Part shown: positions 25,925-37,565 of the stretch, in pieces
How the letters are laid out: every line of letters begins with the position of its first letter
How positions within the stretch are numbered: position 1 is the first letter of the stretch
NCBI RefSeq assembly: GCF_006345805.1
Contig: NC_043015.1
Coordinates: forward strand, 30,380,001 to 30,444,000
Reading direction: 5' to 3'
DNA: 64,000 bases
Source: Octopus sinensis
Lineage: Eukaryota
Notes under the pieces: model-generated
Seen by the model: only the letters and a program-made list of their open reading frames with translations
Told to the model about the DNA's origin: nothing
Databases searched by the model: none
Position numbers and translations under genes: made by a program

Positions 25925-27551
25925 TGATTATATACTAATTCCCATATATGCATGATTTCATACTTATGTACACACACATGACTGGTTAAAAAGTCTACTT
26001 TGCTACCATGAGGTTTTCTGTCTCACTGCAAGTAACTTTACCATAGCCTTTGTTTGACCCATGCCTTGCGAGTGAATTTGGTAAGGGAGAACTGTGTGAA
26101 AGCTGTCAGATCAACTGTGCATTGGGACCCCAAAATGCAACTTTGTGACACTGATACCACTTGAGAATTGTGTGTAACAGTACACGCCTTTGGAATACTC
26201 AGCCACTTTGCATGTGAACTGAATAGACTGTTTATTGGTTGAACAAATATACGATCATACATTGAAAGTATGTGTGTGTTCACTCCAAAAATGTGTAGCA
26301 CGCAAAAATATGCACACTGGGTTTATTTTCCATATTTACATATATATACACACATATGCAAATACGTACATAGGCAAATCCTAAGACAAACATAAGGCAA
26401 TTACAAGCACACATGCACACAAAACATAGAGCCAACTTCAAACACCAGCATATAAATCTCTCTCAAACACACACAACATAGAAACAGCTTCATTCTCCCT
26501 CACATACTTTCATATCTTACTTTGTCTCTCATGTAAAAACATAAACATTTTGATACACCCTGCATTCACACAACACACACTCCACACCTCATATCTCACT
26601 GTCCACAAGGATTGCTTGATATCCTAATCTTACCATAACTCTGGTAATCAGCACTAATACTGTTCCTTTTATTTCCCCAAGCTTTCATATTTCTTATCTT
26701 AATATTTACAAGTGTCTTCAACATAAGCAATATTTTCTTTACTAAAACACACACACACACACGCTTGTCCGCTCTCCCTCCGCTTCTGTTTTACACTCAC
26801 CCACCCCACCACCATAACTACGACTAGTGATCTTTTTTTTTTATTTATTATGGCAAAAATGTTTGCCTTCGTTTTCTGCAAACAGCAACAGAAATGAAGG
26901 CCATGCCATACTTTTGAACAAGAAATCTATATTCATAACGAGGAAGCAAGATGGAAAAGCATGCACATGACTGCCCCCTACCACCACATACACACACACA
27001 CATACACTCACACACACATACACACACACTCACACACACATGCACACACACACGCACAGCTAAATATAAAAACAAAAACTAAAACCTAGAAATAACTTTG
27101 AAACCATTTTTCTGTTGTTTTTTTTTTCTTAATTTTTTCAAGTCCATAGTTACTGTCACCACTTAGTACAGTTACTAGATGCTTACTGCATCTATCCCAT
27201 ACTGTAAATTACCAAGTATTACAGAAGAGGCTGGCTCTTGTACATTTGTGTGAGTGCGCAGTATGGTCAAATGGTTAAGGTTTTCCTTACAACCATGAGA
27301 GTCTGGGTTTGATTACGGTGCATCTTGGGTAAATGTCTTTTACTCATACCTTGTGAGTGAAATTGGGTAGTTAGAAATTGTACAGAAGCCTGCCTGGTGG
27401 ATTGTGCCTATAATTCAAAAGATTTGGCTTGTTACACACTTTCATGCTGATTCTGCTGAAGAATTACATTACAGGTACACTTACATGTTAATTCAAGAGC
27501 AGCTAGTGTTCCCCATATTTTGGTTCTGTACTATATGCTCTATTATACATC

Positions 27552-27782
27552 TATTTATTTATTACCTACAAGGGGCTAAACATAGAGGGGACAAACAAGG
27601 ACAGACAAAGGGATTAAATCGATTACATCGACCCCAGTGCGTAACTGGTACTTAATTTATCGACCCCGAAAGGATGAAAGGCAAAGTCGACCTCGGTGGA
27701 ATTTGAACTCGGAGCGTAACGGCAGACGAAATACCGCTCAGCATGTCATCCGACGTGCTAACGTTTCTGCCAGCTCGCCGCC
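27552..27782 (-). mobile_element. SINE family C
   Basis: Full-length consensus match. Confidence 0.9.
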
Positions 27783-28099
27783 TTTTTATACTCTATTATA
27801 CTGTTATATTTTTATGCTCTATTATACATCAATGATTTACTTACTTCCACATCTGACAATGCCCACTTTTCAGCCCATGACACACTATTCATTCTGGTCT
27901 AACCTTCCCTAACCATGCATCATCCAAAAGCAACCTAGACACCACACCCCCAAAGGCATTTACTCCTTAAATGGATACCTTGAGAGCATCCTCTTGTGGG
28001 GTTATGTCATTTTTAACAGCATAAAAACTCAAGCACTCCTCATTTCTTGAAAACACCTTTGCATCACACCCCTTCTCATCATGAATAGTACTGAATGGT

Positions 28100-28470
28100 A
28101 CTCACCTAGAGTCCTCACAGTCACTCCAAATGCTGAGTCCCATTGTCACTGAGGATCTCTTCTGGCAAAAGCATATCATTAGCATAACTAGAACCACATC
28201 CTAAAGACTATCGCTTCTCTTTGAGGCCAGAAGATATTTCAGTCCCCAACAGCTGCTGACACTCTTCAAGGCTCAATGGAGTACTGTGATCACATCTGGT
28301 TGGGGCTGCTACTATGCTCACTATCATCCCCAAACAGCATCCAGAGAAGGGCCACTTGGTTGATTGGCATCTCAATACTAATGAAGACCCTGCAGCCTCT
28401 GGCTCACAGTCTGTCTGTCTTTTCTACTGCAACTAACCTTAATGACCAAATACCAACATTTGTACTAACA
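28100..28470 (+). mobile_element. Old degenerate CR1/Jockey-group LINE relic (target of the RTE insertion)
   Basis: MEYCDHIW...SIQRRATWLI remnants resemble the LEY.S.VW...Q.RA post-RT motifs. Confidence 0.55.
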
Positions 28471-28875
28471 TGAGGAATGAGGAATATTTGAAGGATCTTG
28501 GGAATAGGAATTCGGTGTGACACCAGTGCAGAATCACCTCCCTCCGACAAGTCATCCTAACGAGATGTCTGCGTTGGCTGGGTCATGCCCTCCGTCGTCA
28601 GCCAGGAGAATTCATCTACGAAGCAATTGCCCCAGCTCCCCTTCAGGGTTAGTGAAAGCGATGTGGTGGACAACGAAAAACCTGGCTGATGACAGTCAAG
28701 GCTAATCTGGAACCCAACCTAGGCCCCCATATCTACGGCGTTCGCCGCTGGAATAAGGAGTCGTTAGCCTCAAATCGCCAGGCCTGGTCGGTGTTTGTGA
28801 GAGATGTAGCATTGAGGATGAATGAAGCCAGCTCAACCCACCCCGGGTGAATGCTGTAAGAAGAAGAAGAAGAAG
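28471..28875 (+). mobile_element. 5'-truncated RTE-clade LINE 3' end with (AAG)n tail and 13-bp TSD
   Basis: Encodes LRWLGH...GGQRKTWLMTVKANLEPNLGPHIYGVRRWNKE...RQAWSVFVRD (frameshifted). Flanked by atttgtactaaca (28458-28470) and atttgtacaaaca (28876-28888). Confidence 0.8.
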
Positions 28876-29293
28876 ATTTGTACAAACACTTGGATTTTCA
28901 AATACTGACTTTTGCATGAATACTGGGATTAAGTGATGTCCCTAGAATTTTCCTACTTTTTCCTAGCATCAGTTTCTCTCAGCCAATAAAAGGGGAACAA
29001 AATACATAGCTTTCCATTAGTCAGATTGGGGCAAGTAATGTTCTGTAGTTTCCCTAAGAAATTCAGTTCAACAACCAATGAGACTCGGATATAAATGAAG
29101 GGAAACGAAAGAGGTTGCTGTCTTTTTAACCTTTGAACTTTGGACATTTTACTTTGAGTCTTTGATCTATTCTAAAATTATTTTATGATTCACAATTCAC
29201 CAACAAAATAAATAATGCTATAGTATTTTTTTTTTTGTCTAATTTAATTAGGTTGAAACGAGGACAATTGTGACTTTCCTAATTGCATAATCT

Positions 29294-29339
<46 letters not shown>

Positions 29340-30028
29340 GTTTAAGTAGACTTACATTTTAACTTGTTTTGTTCTTATTTCAATGGGAAAAAATATGTGT
29401 CAGCCACATTAATCATCATTCTTTGATAGATATTGAACTCACGGCTATTGTGTCTTCGCAGGCACTACTGTCCAAACTTGCTGGCTTTTGCCAGTTATAT
29501 AGAAATGCCCTTTAAAATGATTTTATTTATTCATTCTGAAATACAAACAATGGAATGAATAATGCCTGTTTTTTTTTTCCAGCTGATTTATGAACTGGAT
29601 TGTGTCTTGCTTAAGAACAATTATTACTGATATTGGCACAATGTCATGAATTGGAGAGGAGTGGTGTAGTCAACTGAATTTACCCCATTGTGTAGCTGGT
29701 ACTTTGAGAGATGAAAGGCTAAGTTGATGCCAGGTGTAATTTGAGATTTAAAATATATAAGGATGTAACTAAAAAAAAAATACCCCTTTTTTTATTTTTT
29801 TTAACTCAAGGTGTTTCAGCATGGCTACACTCCAATGACAGAATTCTAGTAAAAGAGTGATCCCTTGATTCTACTTAAATGTCAGAATGCAATGTTAAGG
29901 GAATCACATTCACTGATGCAAAGACTCTGCAAAACTTTCCTTTATATATATATATTGACAGATGAAATAATAACAAGGTGGAGGGTATTAGTATATTGTT
30001 TATAATATTTTTATCATTTAATTAGTTA

Positions 30029-30102
<74 letters not shown>

Positions 30103-30183
30103 CATTCAAAATATGATCGCATGTGTATCGTTGGCGATTTGTTTTCCTCCATCTTCCCTTCCTTGGATCTTTCCTTTTCCTAT

Positions 30184-30218
30184 GTTTCTGATGAAGAGCT
30201 CCGCTCGAAACATTAAAT
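30184..30218 (+). ncRNA. Minimal type-I hammerhead motif in a (TA)n-embedded Penelope-type repeat (about 30105-30300)
   Basis: GTTT-CTGATGA-A-GAGC-tcc-GCTC-GAAA-CATT-AAAT. Helix II is perfect. Helix III ACAT is probably a CpG-decayed ACGT palindrome. Confidence 0.6.
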
Positions 30219-30831
30219 CCTCCTTTCTTTTCTGAGCGTCCAATAATACTATACTTGTTCTACGTCCTCGCGTTGTTGTGTTTTCATGTTTGGATTAATT
30301 TTATATACATATATATACATATATACATATATATATTAATATAATAAGATTCAGTTGAATAAGGTACTTAAAGTTGAGGGGCCTGGTTACGTCGGAATAA
30401 AACACACACCACAAATATAGATATTCAATGGCAAGGGCCAGTCATAAAATCACACGAAAAATATGCTTATGCTGCAGATTTTGAATTATTTAAAAAAAAC
30501 TCACACTACACTCTCGAAGTGGTTGGCGTTAGGAAGGGCATCCAGCTGTAGAATCTCTGCCAGATCAGTTTGGAGTCTGGTGCAGCCATCTGGTTCACCA
30601 AACCTCAGTCAAACCGTCCAACCCATGCTAGCATGGAAAGCGGACGTTAAACGATGATGCTGATGATGATCTTAAATCTCTTTGATTGTAACATTCTTGT
30701 ATTCATCTGAAGAAAATGTTTTTTATATAATGATATAATGTACTCATTGATCAATTTGAAAATTCTTGAGAAACACCTGCAATGGATTGACACCAATCCA
30801 TTGCAGGTGTTTACTTACTATTTATGCGTGT

Positions 30832-30865
<34 letters not shown>

Positions 30866-30879
30866 GACAAGTCATGCTA

Positions 30880-31195
30880 AACTACATCTGGTGGTGCTAT
30901 ATCTAGACTCCATTTGATAGTAGTATTATATTTAAACTACATCTAGTAGTGTTGTATCAGATTACATCTAGTCACGTTACATCTGGACCACATCTAATGT
31001 TTGTGTATCGAATCTACATTCAGTGGTGGTGTATCTCGGCTGTATCAAGTGATATCTTATCAAGACTACATCTGTTATATTTTGACTGGACTTCATATTG
31101 TAGTGTGTTACATCATGACTATATCTAGAATATCATCTAATGGTGTTGTATATGAAGAGGTATATCTAAACTACTTCTGGCAGTGTAATTTGTAG
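30880..31195. repeat. Degenerate minisatellite (unit ~25 bp, actacatct.gtggtgttgtatcta.)
   Basis: Recurrent actacatct / tatatcta / gtggtg motifs at regular spacing. Confidence 0.7.
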
Positions 31196-31355
31196 AAATA
31201 TTATGGTGGGGACTTTTGTCACAGCTGGTTATCATTATATGGTGTAGGTGTGTTACTATTGGGATATATTTGATCTAAAGTATGCCAGGTGTGTCTCTAG
31301 AGATGCAGGCATCAAAATATAGTTATGCTCTCTTTCTTTCTCTCATATATATGTA

Positions 31356-31926
31356 TATTGGGTTTTCTGGAAAGTTTGTGCCAATTTTTAAAGGAAAGAA
31401 AAAGGTCAATAAATACTTGCCATTACATTTTTAATCAACCAAATATGAACCATCTTGTTGCACAATGCGTCTCCATCTTTCCTTTAACTTGAAAATACCC
31501 TCTTCCCAGAATTGAGGTGGTTTCATGGCAAAGAATTCATCAAGGTATCCTTTTGACATCATCCAAGGAATTGAAATTTTTACCATTAAGACTATTCTGC
31601 AGAGATTTGAATAAGTGGAAATCCAAAGGAGCAATATCTGGTGAATATGGAGGGTGGGGTAACACATCCCAGCCAAGCTGCAGCAACTTTTGTCTGGTTC
31701 CCAAAGCACCAAGTGCCGAAAATGAACTTTCTTATCTTCCATTTTAAAGGGTTACAGAATTAACACAAGCTATAGGAACATAAACCTTCTTTCACGAAAA
31801 GATAGCTTAAACTGTGCTCTAAATGGAGGTGTAGTCAAATTCTATTTTATGGACTCAACCATGTTCTAAAATAAGTCAATAGGTAAACTACTATAAATCA
31901 GCACAAACTTTCCGGACAACCCAATA
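31356..31926 (-). mobile_element. Internally deleted mariner transposon with intact TIRs
   Basis: TIRs tattgggtt(t/g)tc(t/c)ggaaagtttgtgc, flanked by TA. Minus strand gives the N-terminus MEDKKVHFRH fused to GWDVLPHPPYSPDIAPLDFHLFKSLQNSL...FWEEGIFKLKERWRRIVQQDGSY (YSPDLAP motif). Confidence 0.93.
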
Positions 31927-32878
31927 TATATATATATATATATATATATTATTATTATTATTATTATTATTAGAAAATTGGATGACAAAGGAATTAATGA
32001 TGCCCTTCCTAACGCCAACCACTCCAAGAGTGTTCTTTACTACACTCTCGGAGTGGTTGGCATTAGGAAGGGCATCCAGCTGTAGAAACTCTGCCAGATC
32101 AAGACTGGAGCCTGGTGCAGCCATCTGGTTCGCCAGTCCTCAGTCAAATCGTCCAACCCATGCTAGCATGGAAAGCGGATGTTAAATGACGATGATGATG
32201 ATTATCTTATGAACTTCATTAGCTTACAGCTGTTTCTGCTATATGATGCAGTGACCTCATAGTTGAGTGCCTCAGTAATATTATATTACAGACACACACA
32301 CACACTAATAATTGCTCTGTCAACAGTAGCTGTCCCTTTCAATAAGTGAAACAGTTATTGTTACAACACTTTTGTTATCTCAATAGTCCTACAGATATCA
32401 CTTTCATTAATTTGTTACTCTTGTTGTGGTCGTGCGTCAGTCAAGAGGTTTCCAGTTTACTTGAATTAATACAACTGATAGAACAAGCAGATTAAAATAT
32501 TTAAGCCTGAAATGGTCACAGTTTTTCCAATCTTTTTGTCTCTATAGAAGTCAATTTATTTTTTAAAATGAATTGTTGGTAAATATATTACATCTGTCAC
32601 CTTCTCTAACACTGCTGTTCCTCATCTCGGGTTGCTCATGATTAGAATTCAGAGACATACTCCAGGCATGTGAACTGATCTATTAATAATAGTATTATAT
32701 ATAGCACTGATTGTAAATGTTTGCTTATCCTCCTCTGGATATTTGATTTTGGTTTAGCTCGTAACACTTTTTTTTTACCAAACTTTATCTTGAGTAAACC
32801 TCTTTTGTCCTTGACTTCGACACTGCATTTATGTGTATATGTCTGTGTGTTTGTGTATGTAACAGAAGATGGCTCTGA

Positions 32879-33106
32879 TTAACCCTTTCGTTACTGTATT
32901 TCTGTTGAGATGCTCTGTGTTTCTTTCAATTACTTTAAATATAACAAAGAATTTAGTAAAATAACTTAGTTATCATTAAGCTAGTGTTAGGAATATAAAT
33001 TGTGACTAAGGTTCGGTGGAAGATTTTAATTCAAAACTTATGAAAACAAGACATTTGTACTCAGAGCAAAAGACGGTTTCGGCCGGGTTGGTAACGAAAG
33101 GGTTAA
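32879..33106. mobile_element. piggyBac-type MITE (family P1, second copy)
   Basis: Same TTAA TSD and CCCTTTCGTTAC TIRs. The internal sequence aligns with 13870-14098. Confidence 0.88.
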
Positions 33107-33439
33107 ACAGATCTGTGTCCAAAGGGATTTCATCTACCTTTTTTTTTTTCTTGGCACGGTGTACCCCAGGCTATATCATCCAAATGCATTCTTGCTTTTA
33201 AAAGACTAGTGTATGTGTTTTGAGGAAGATTTGGTTGCTGTTGAATGCCCTGTTAAAGGCTTCTTGTATATAAACTTCTTATACACTTAAAACTTTGACA
33301 AAGTGTGTATATGAGAGAGAAGAAAGAGGGAGGGAGATTCAATTGGTGTTACTTTAGAGTGCAGTCAACTTAGCCATTTACACTTCAGCACGTGCTCTAG
33401 CTATCCATTTCCACTTTAGCATGCAGTCTAACCCCAGCT

Positions 33440-33492
33440 CTTAACCTAACCCCTAACCCTAACCCCAAACCTTGACACTAACCCCTAACCCT
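33440..33492. repeat. Degenerate interstitial (CCCTAA)n tract
   Basis: taacctaacccctaaccctaaccccaaacc...taacccctaacccta. Confidence 0.7.
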
Positions 33493-34159
33493 ATTCATGA
33501 CCCAGATCAGGTCATTTTATAGTATAAACTACAAATACTGTGGTAAACTGTACGCTAAAATGGCACCATTTATTCACTAGCCCTTTTTTTCTGTACTCAT
33601 TTATTTTTAAAAGTCATGGTGAGATAAATTCTTGTTGTTGAACCCTATGCAGAGCCTGATCCAGCAGACCTATCAGGTATTTCAGATGCAACTGTCCCCA
33701 TATTTTAAAATTTTTCACTAATTTTGTATCAAGAAAAACGTTATCCAATGTCTCCTTTCTACTTTTAAGATTATAAGGTGTGATTTGTAAGATTTGGCTG
33801 CTATTTGTAGCAGGTTAAGCACAACATACAAGCTCCTTTGCTGCTCATGATGAGTTCCATAAAAAGTGAATCAAACTGTACCAACTGAACCCACGTGTCC
33901 CTATTATGTCTTTTTACATTGCTTAATGTTCTTGACTATCAAGCATAAATATCACGTTCTCATGCTCATAAATGTGAGCTGTTGTGTCATAAGAAATTGA
34001 GACATTTGTTATTGCTGAGGCGTTGTTGTTGTTGGCAGCAGTGGCATTGTGTAGTCCTATGCCAACCCTGGTCTAACATACTTATGATTAATGGTATTCC
34101 AGTTCTGTTAAACATAGTGTATCCAGAAACTGCTATACAAAACAGAAAGACAAATATAG

Positions 34160-34337
34160 ACGCAGGAGTGGCTGTGTGTGGTAAGTAGCTTACTTACCAA
34201 CTACATGGCTCCGGGTTCAGTCCCATTGCGTGGCACCTTAGGCAAGTGTCTTCTACTATAGCCTTGGGCCGACCAAAGCCTTGTGAGTGGATTTGGTAGA
34301 CGGAAACTGAAAGAAGCCCGTCATATATATGTGTGTG

Positions 34338-34369
<32 letters not shown>

Positions 34370-34600
34370 ATATATGTATGTATGTATGTGTGTGTATATG
34401 TTTGTGTGTCTGTCCCCCAACATCGCTTGACAACGGATGCTGGTGTGTTTACGTTCCCCGTAACTTAGCGGTTCAGCAAAAGAGAGACCGATAGAATAAG
34501 TACTAGGCTTACAAAGAATAAGTACTGGGGTCGATTTGCTCGACTAAAGGCGGTGCTCCAGCATGGCCACAGTCAAATGACTGAAACAAATAAAAATATA
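34160..34600 (+). mobile_element. SINE family A
   Basis: Consensus match over the full length. Confidence 0.9.
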
Positions 34601-34889
34601 TATATATAGAGGCTTACTCATTGATTGATACTGTTGGGGTTTTTTTTCTGTTTATTTTATTTTTGTGTGTATGTATATACACACACATGCATATATGTAA
34701 GTATGTGTGTGTATATATAAATTATTCATGTATACCATCAACACCAGTATTTAACTGATTCTTTATTTTATGGACCTCAAATGAATAAAAGGCAAAGTCG
34801 ACCGTGGCAGGATTTAAACTAAATGTAGAGCTGTGGCTAAAATACCTCTTGGCATTATGTCTGATGCTCTAAGGATTCTGCATATGTAG

Positions 34890-34925
<36 letters not shown>

Positions 34926-35103
34926 TAATTAGATGTATATAGACACAGGCATGGCTGTGTGGTTAAAGAGTTTGCTTTGAAACCATCTGGTCTTAGGTTC
35001 AGTCCTGTTGCAAGGCACCTTGGACAAATGACTTCTACCATAACCCAAGCCAACAAAAGCTTCAGGAGTGGATTTGGCTGATGAAAACTGAAAGAAGCCC
35101 ATT

Positions 35104-35363
35104 GTTAGGGCATCCTTCTAGGAGAAGGTAACTCAGGTAACTGGGATAACTCCGACATAAAACCTGCGGCTCAGTGGTTACCGATGATGTTGACTTGTTC
35201 TTCTTTTCGGATTATGGCTGCCTTTGCTTAGTGAGTGGGATTGACTCAGTGCACAGTCTTTTCCTCACTTTAAAAAAAATCTTCTTGCACAGGCATTGCA
35301 CGATAACAACATTGATTAAGCTTCGTGCAATGGCCATACTCGATAACGAGAGGGCAGCCACCA
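35104..35363 (+). mobile_element. Short non-autonomous RTE-derived (bipartite 5'UTR + 3'end) element inserted in a SINE
   Basis: GGGCATCCTTCTAGGAGAAGG resembles the RTE 5'UTR motif. The 3' end has a hairpin cattgcacga/tcgtgcaatg followed by CTCGATAACGAGAGGGCAGCC. The host SINE resumes at about 35370. Confidence 0.45.
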
Positions 35364-35899
35364 TGTATGTGTGTACCCTTGTCTTGGTAGTGTGATGGAT
35401 TGTAAAATTAACCTCAGACTCATACAAGTAATGTTTGTTTCCACTCTTTCTTGGAAAACATGTCTGGCCATGGTGAATTATTACCTTACTTGGAAAGAGG
35501 TAAGAGTTGGCAACAGGAAGAGCACCCTACCAAAGAATATCTTTCTCAATGAATTCTGTCAGGCTCATGCAAGCATGGGAAAGTGGACACTAAATGATGA
35601 TGATGAGGATATCAATCCATTCTAGGAGGGTTTAAAACTGAAATTTAATCACTTATATAGGGAGAGAGGGATGCCATAGACCCTTGTAAAGGCAACCTGT
35701 CTAGAAAAGCAATAATTTTAATCACCTTTGCAGCCATTCTGTAAGCCAACATTGGGTTTTATTTCATCGAACACGAAGAGATGATAAGCTAAGTCGATCT
35801 CGGCTGCATTTGAATTCAGAACATAAAGACGGACGAAATGTTACTGGACATTTTGTCCGGAGTGCTAGCGAATGTGCCAGCTCGCCGCCAGAGGCCTTG

Positions 35900-36320
35900 T
35901 GAGACCTTTAACTGCATCATGCTATCTTCTCTCACAAAAATTAACCAAAGCAAGTAAGATCGAGAGAACTGTGAGAGAAACAAAATATAATAATAGACGC
36001 ACTTGCACGCGCACACGTATTTGTGTGCCTTTATTTTCACAGTAAGATAATCCTAGCTTGTTAAAAGAAAACTTGGCTAAGCACCTAATTAGAATTCGTT
36101 GCTGTGTTAACGCGACATTGGGTTACTTTTAACTTGATCGCATCACATCGAAGATTTCACAAACAACTCGGGCTAAGATGCACGCGCACCTGCAACACAC
36201 ACACAGAGTAATTGTTGTGCAAACTGTTTATGGTGGGCAAATGCCCATAAACTCTTTGTAAACACTAAGTCCTAAGTAAACGATTTTTATTGGGGCAATT
36301 ATAAATACTGCAACACGAGC
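35900..36320 (+). promoter_or_regulatory. Candidate proximal promoter / first exon region of the MCT gene
   Basis: Unique sequence with clustered CpG (gcacgcgcac twice, aacgcgac, gatcgc) in an otherwise CpG-depleted surround, about 4 kb upstream of the first coding exon, which begins with an acceptor. Possible donors at 36042, 36208 and 36276. Confidence 0.4.
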
Positions 36321-36574
36321 TTTCAAAGAGATTCTGTCTTTGTATATATAGGCTTAAATAATGGCCCCTCTCTCTCTCTCTCTCTTTCTCTCTCTTTCCA
36401 CCTCCCGTGTTTCTTTTCACTTCACAAATTGTTTCTTTTTCACTTCATAAATGAATTGTTGCCTTCTCTCTTGGAAGTATCTGTTAGCTATAAACCAAAT
36501 ACTAAGTGTGTGTCACCGTTGTTCCAAAGACTCGCTTAGTCAGTGACATATATCATGTAATAGCAACATCCCGT

Positions 36575-37013
36575 TCATTTAGCCCAGGTTGGTAATGACA
36601 GACCAATATATGACGAACGTCGTTTCAGCCATGACTACCCCCCTCGTCTTTCATTCAGTACATCAAAGACTACATTATACAATGTGCTCTACATATATTT
36701 AATGACAGATGTAAAAAGGAGATTAGATTCGGCTGCTATTTCTAGCTGGTGTGCGACCCCGTAGAGGCTCCCCTCCATTGGCTCGCAGCAATAACAACAA
36801 CACGGAGATGATGTAAATGTTATTAAATAGATTTTGCTGCTGCTTTCGATGGATTTATTATTTATATCTCGGTGTTTATCGAAATATGTATACATTGTGT
36901 GGAGTGTCTGTATGGATGGTAGCAGATATCTGTATTTGATGCTGTGTATATTTATTGGACAATATATGTTGTTTTTCTGCAGATGCGTGTTTATTTCTCT
37001 GCGTGGTGTGTAT

Positions 37014-37057
<44 letters not shown>

Positions 37058-37565
37058 GCATATGCGTTTGTGTGTGTTTGTCGACCTATGTGCTTTTATT
37101 TGTGTGTATGTGTGTGTTTGCTGGTGTAGTACTGTAGTTGCTTAGGCCCCACGTTAGCTCCAATCAAGTAAGACCTTTTATAAAAAAAAAAAAAAAAAAG
37201 CTTTCCAGTCATGACCATCCCAACTTACATTTCCGTACAGTCTATCCAGTACCACATTATCTATTTTTAAGATGGTGACTGTTACTTGAGGGTTATTTGG
37301 CTGCTGTTTCTAGCAAGTCGAGTGATCATGTAGAGGCTCTCTCTCGATGTTGTGTGTAATGTACATTGCAGTCCTCACATCAACCTTGACCTCCAGCAGA
37401 CCTATTATGATCAAAGCTGTTCCAGCCGTGACCACTCTATCTTTTTAAGGTATGCAGCACTACATCATCTTACGTCCTTTATTCAAGATGGTAGGATGTG
37501 ATTCGAATGAGATTTAGCTACTATTTCTAGCATGCGAAATGACATTTTAGAGGGTCCCTCGTTGT
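36575..37565 (-). mobile_element. Old ~200-bp interspersed repeat family D (three copies here)
   Basis: Shared motifs ccagccatgaccatc, actacattat and gatttggctgctatttctagc. Further copies at about 9181-9600, 15965-16165, 24365-24720, 33100-33265 and 33635-33845; inverted copies at about 24060-24240, 44165-44460 and 59225-59620. Confidence 0.7.

Noticed and set aside
30880-31195. CRISPR-like regularly spaced repeats
   Set aside because: Eukaryotic context, degenerate tandem units without unique spacers, and no cas genes; this is a minisatellite.
33440-33492. Telomere or chromosome-fusion site
   Set aside because: Only a few degenerate CCCTAA units, typical of internal tracts in non-autonomous elements.
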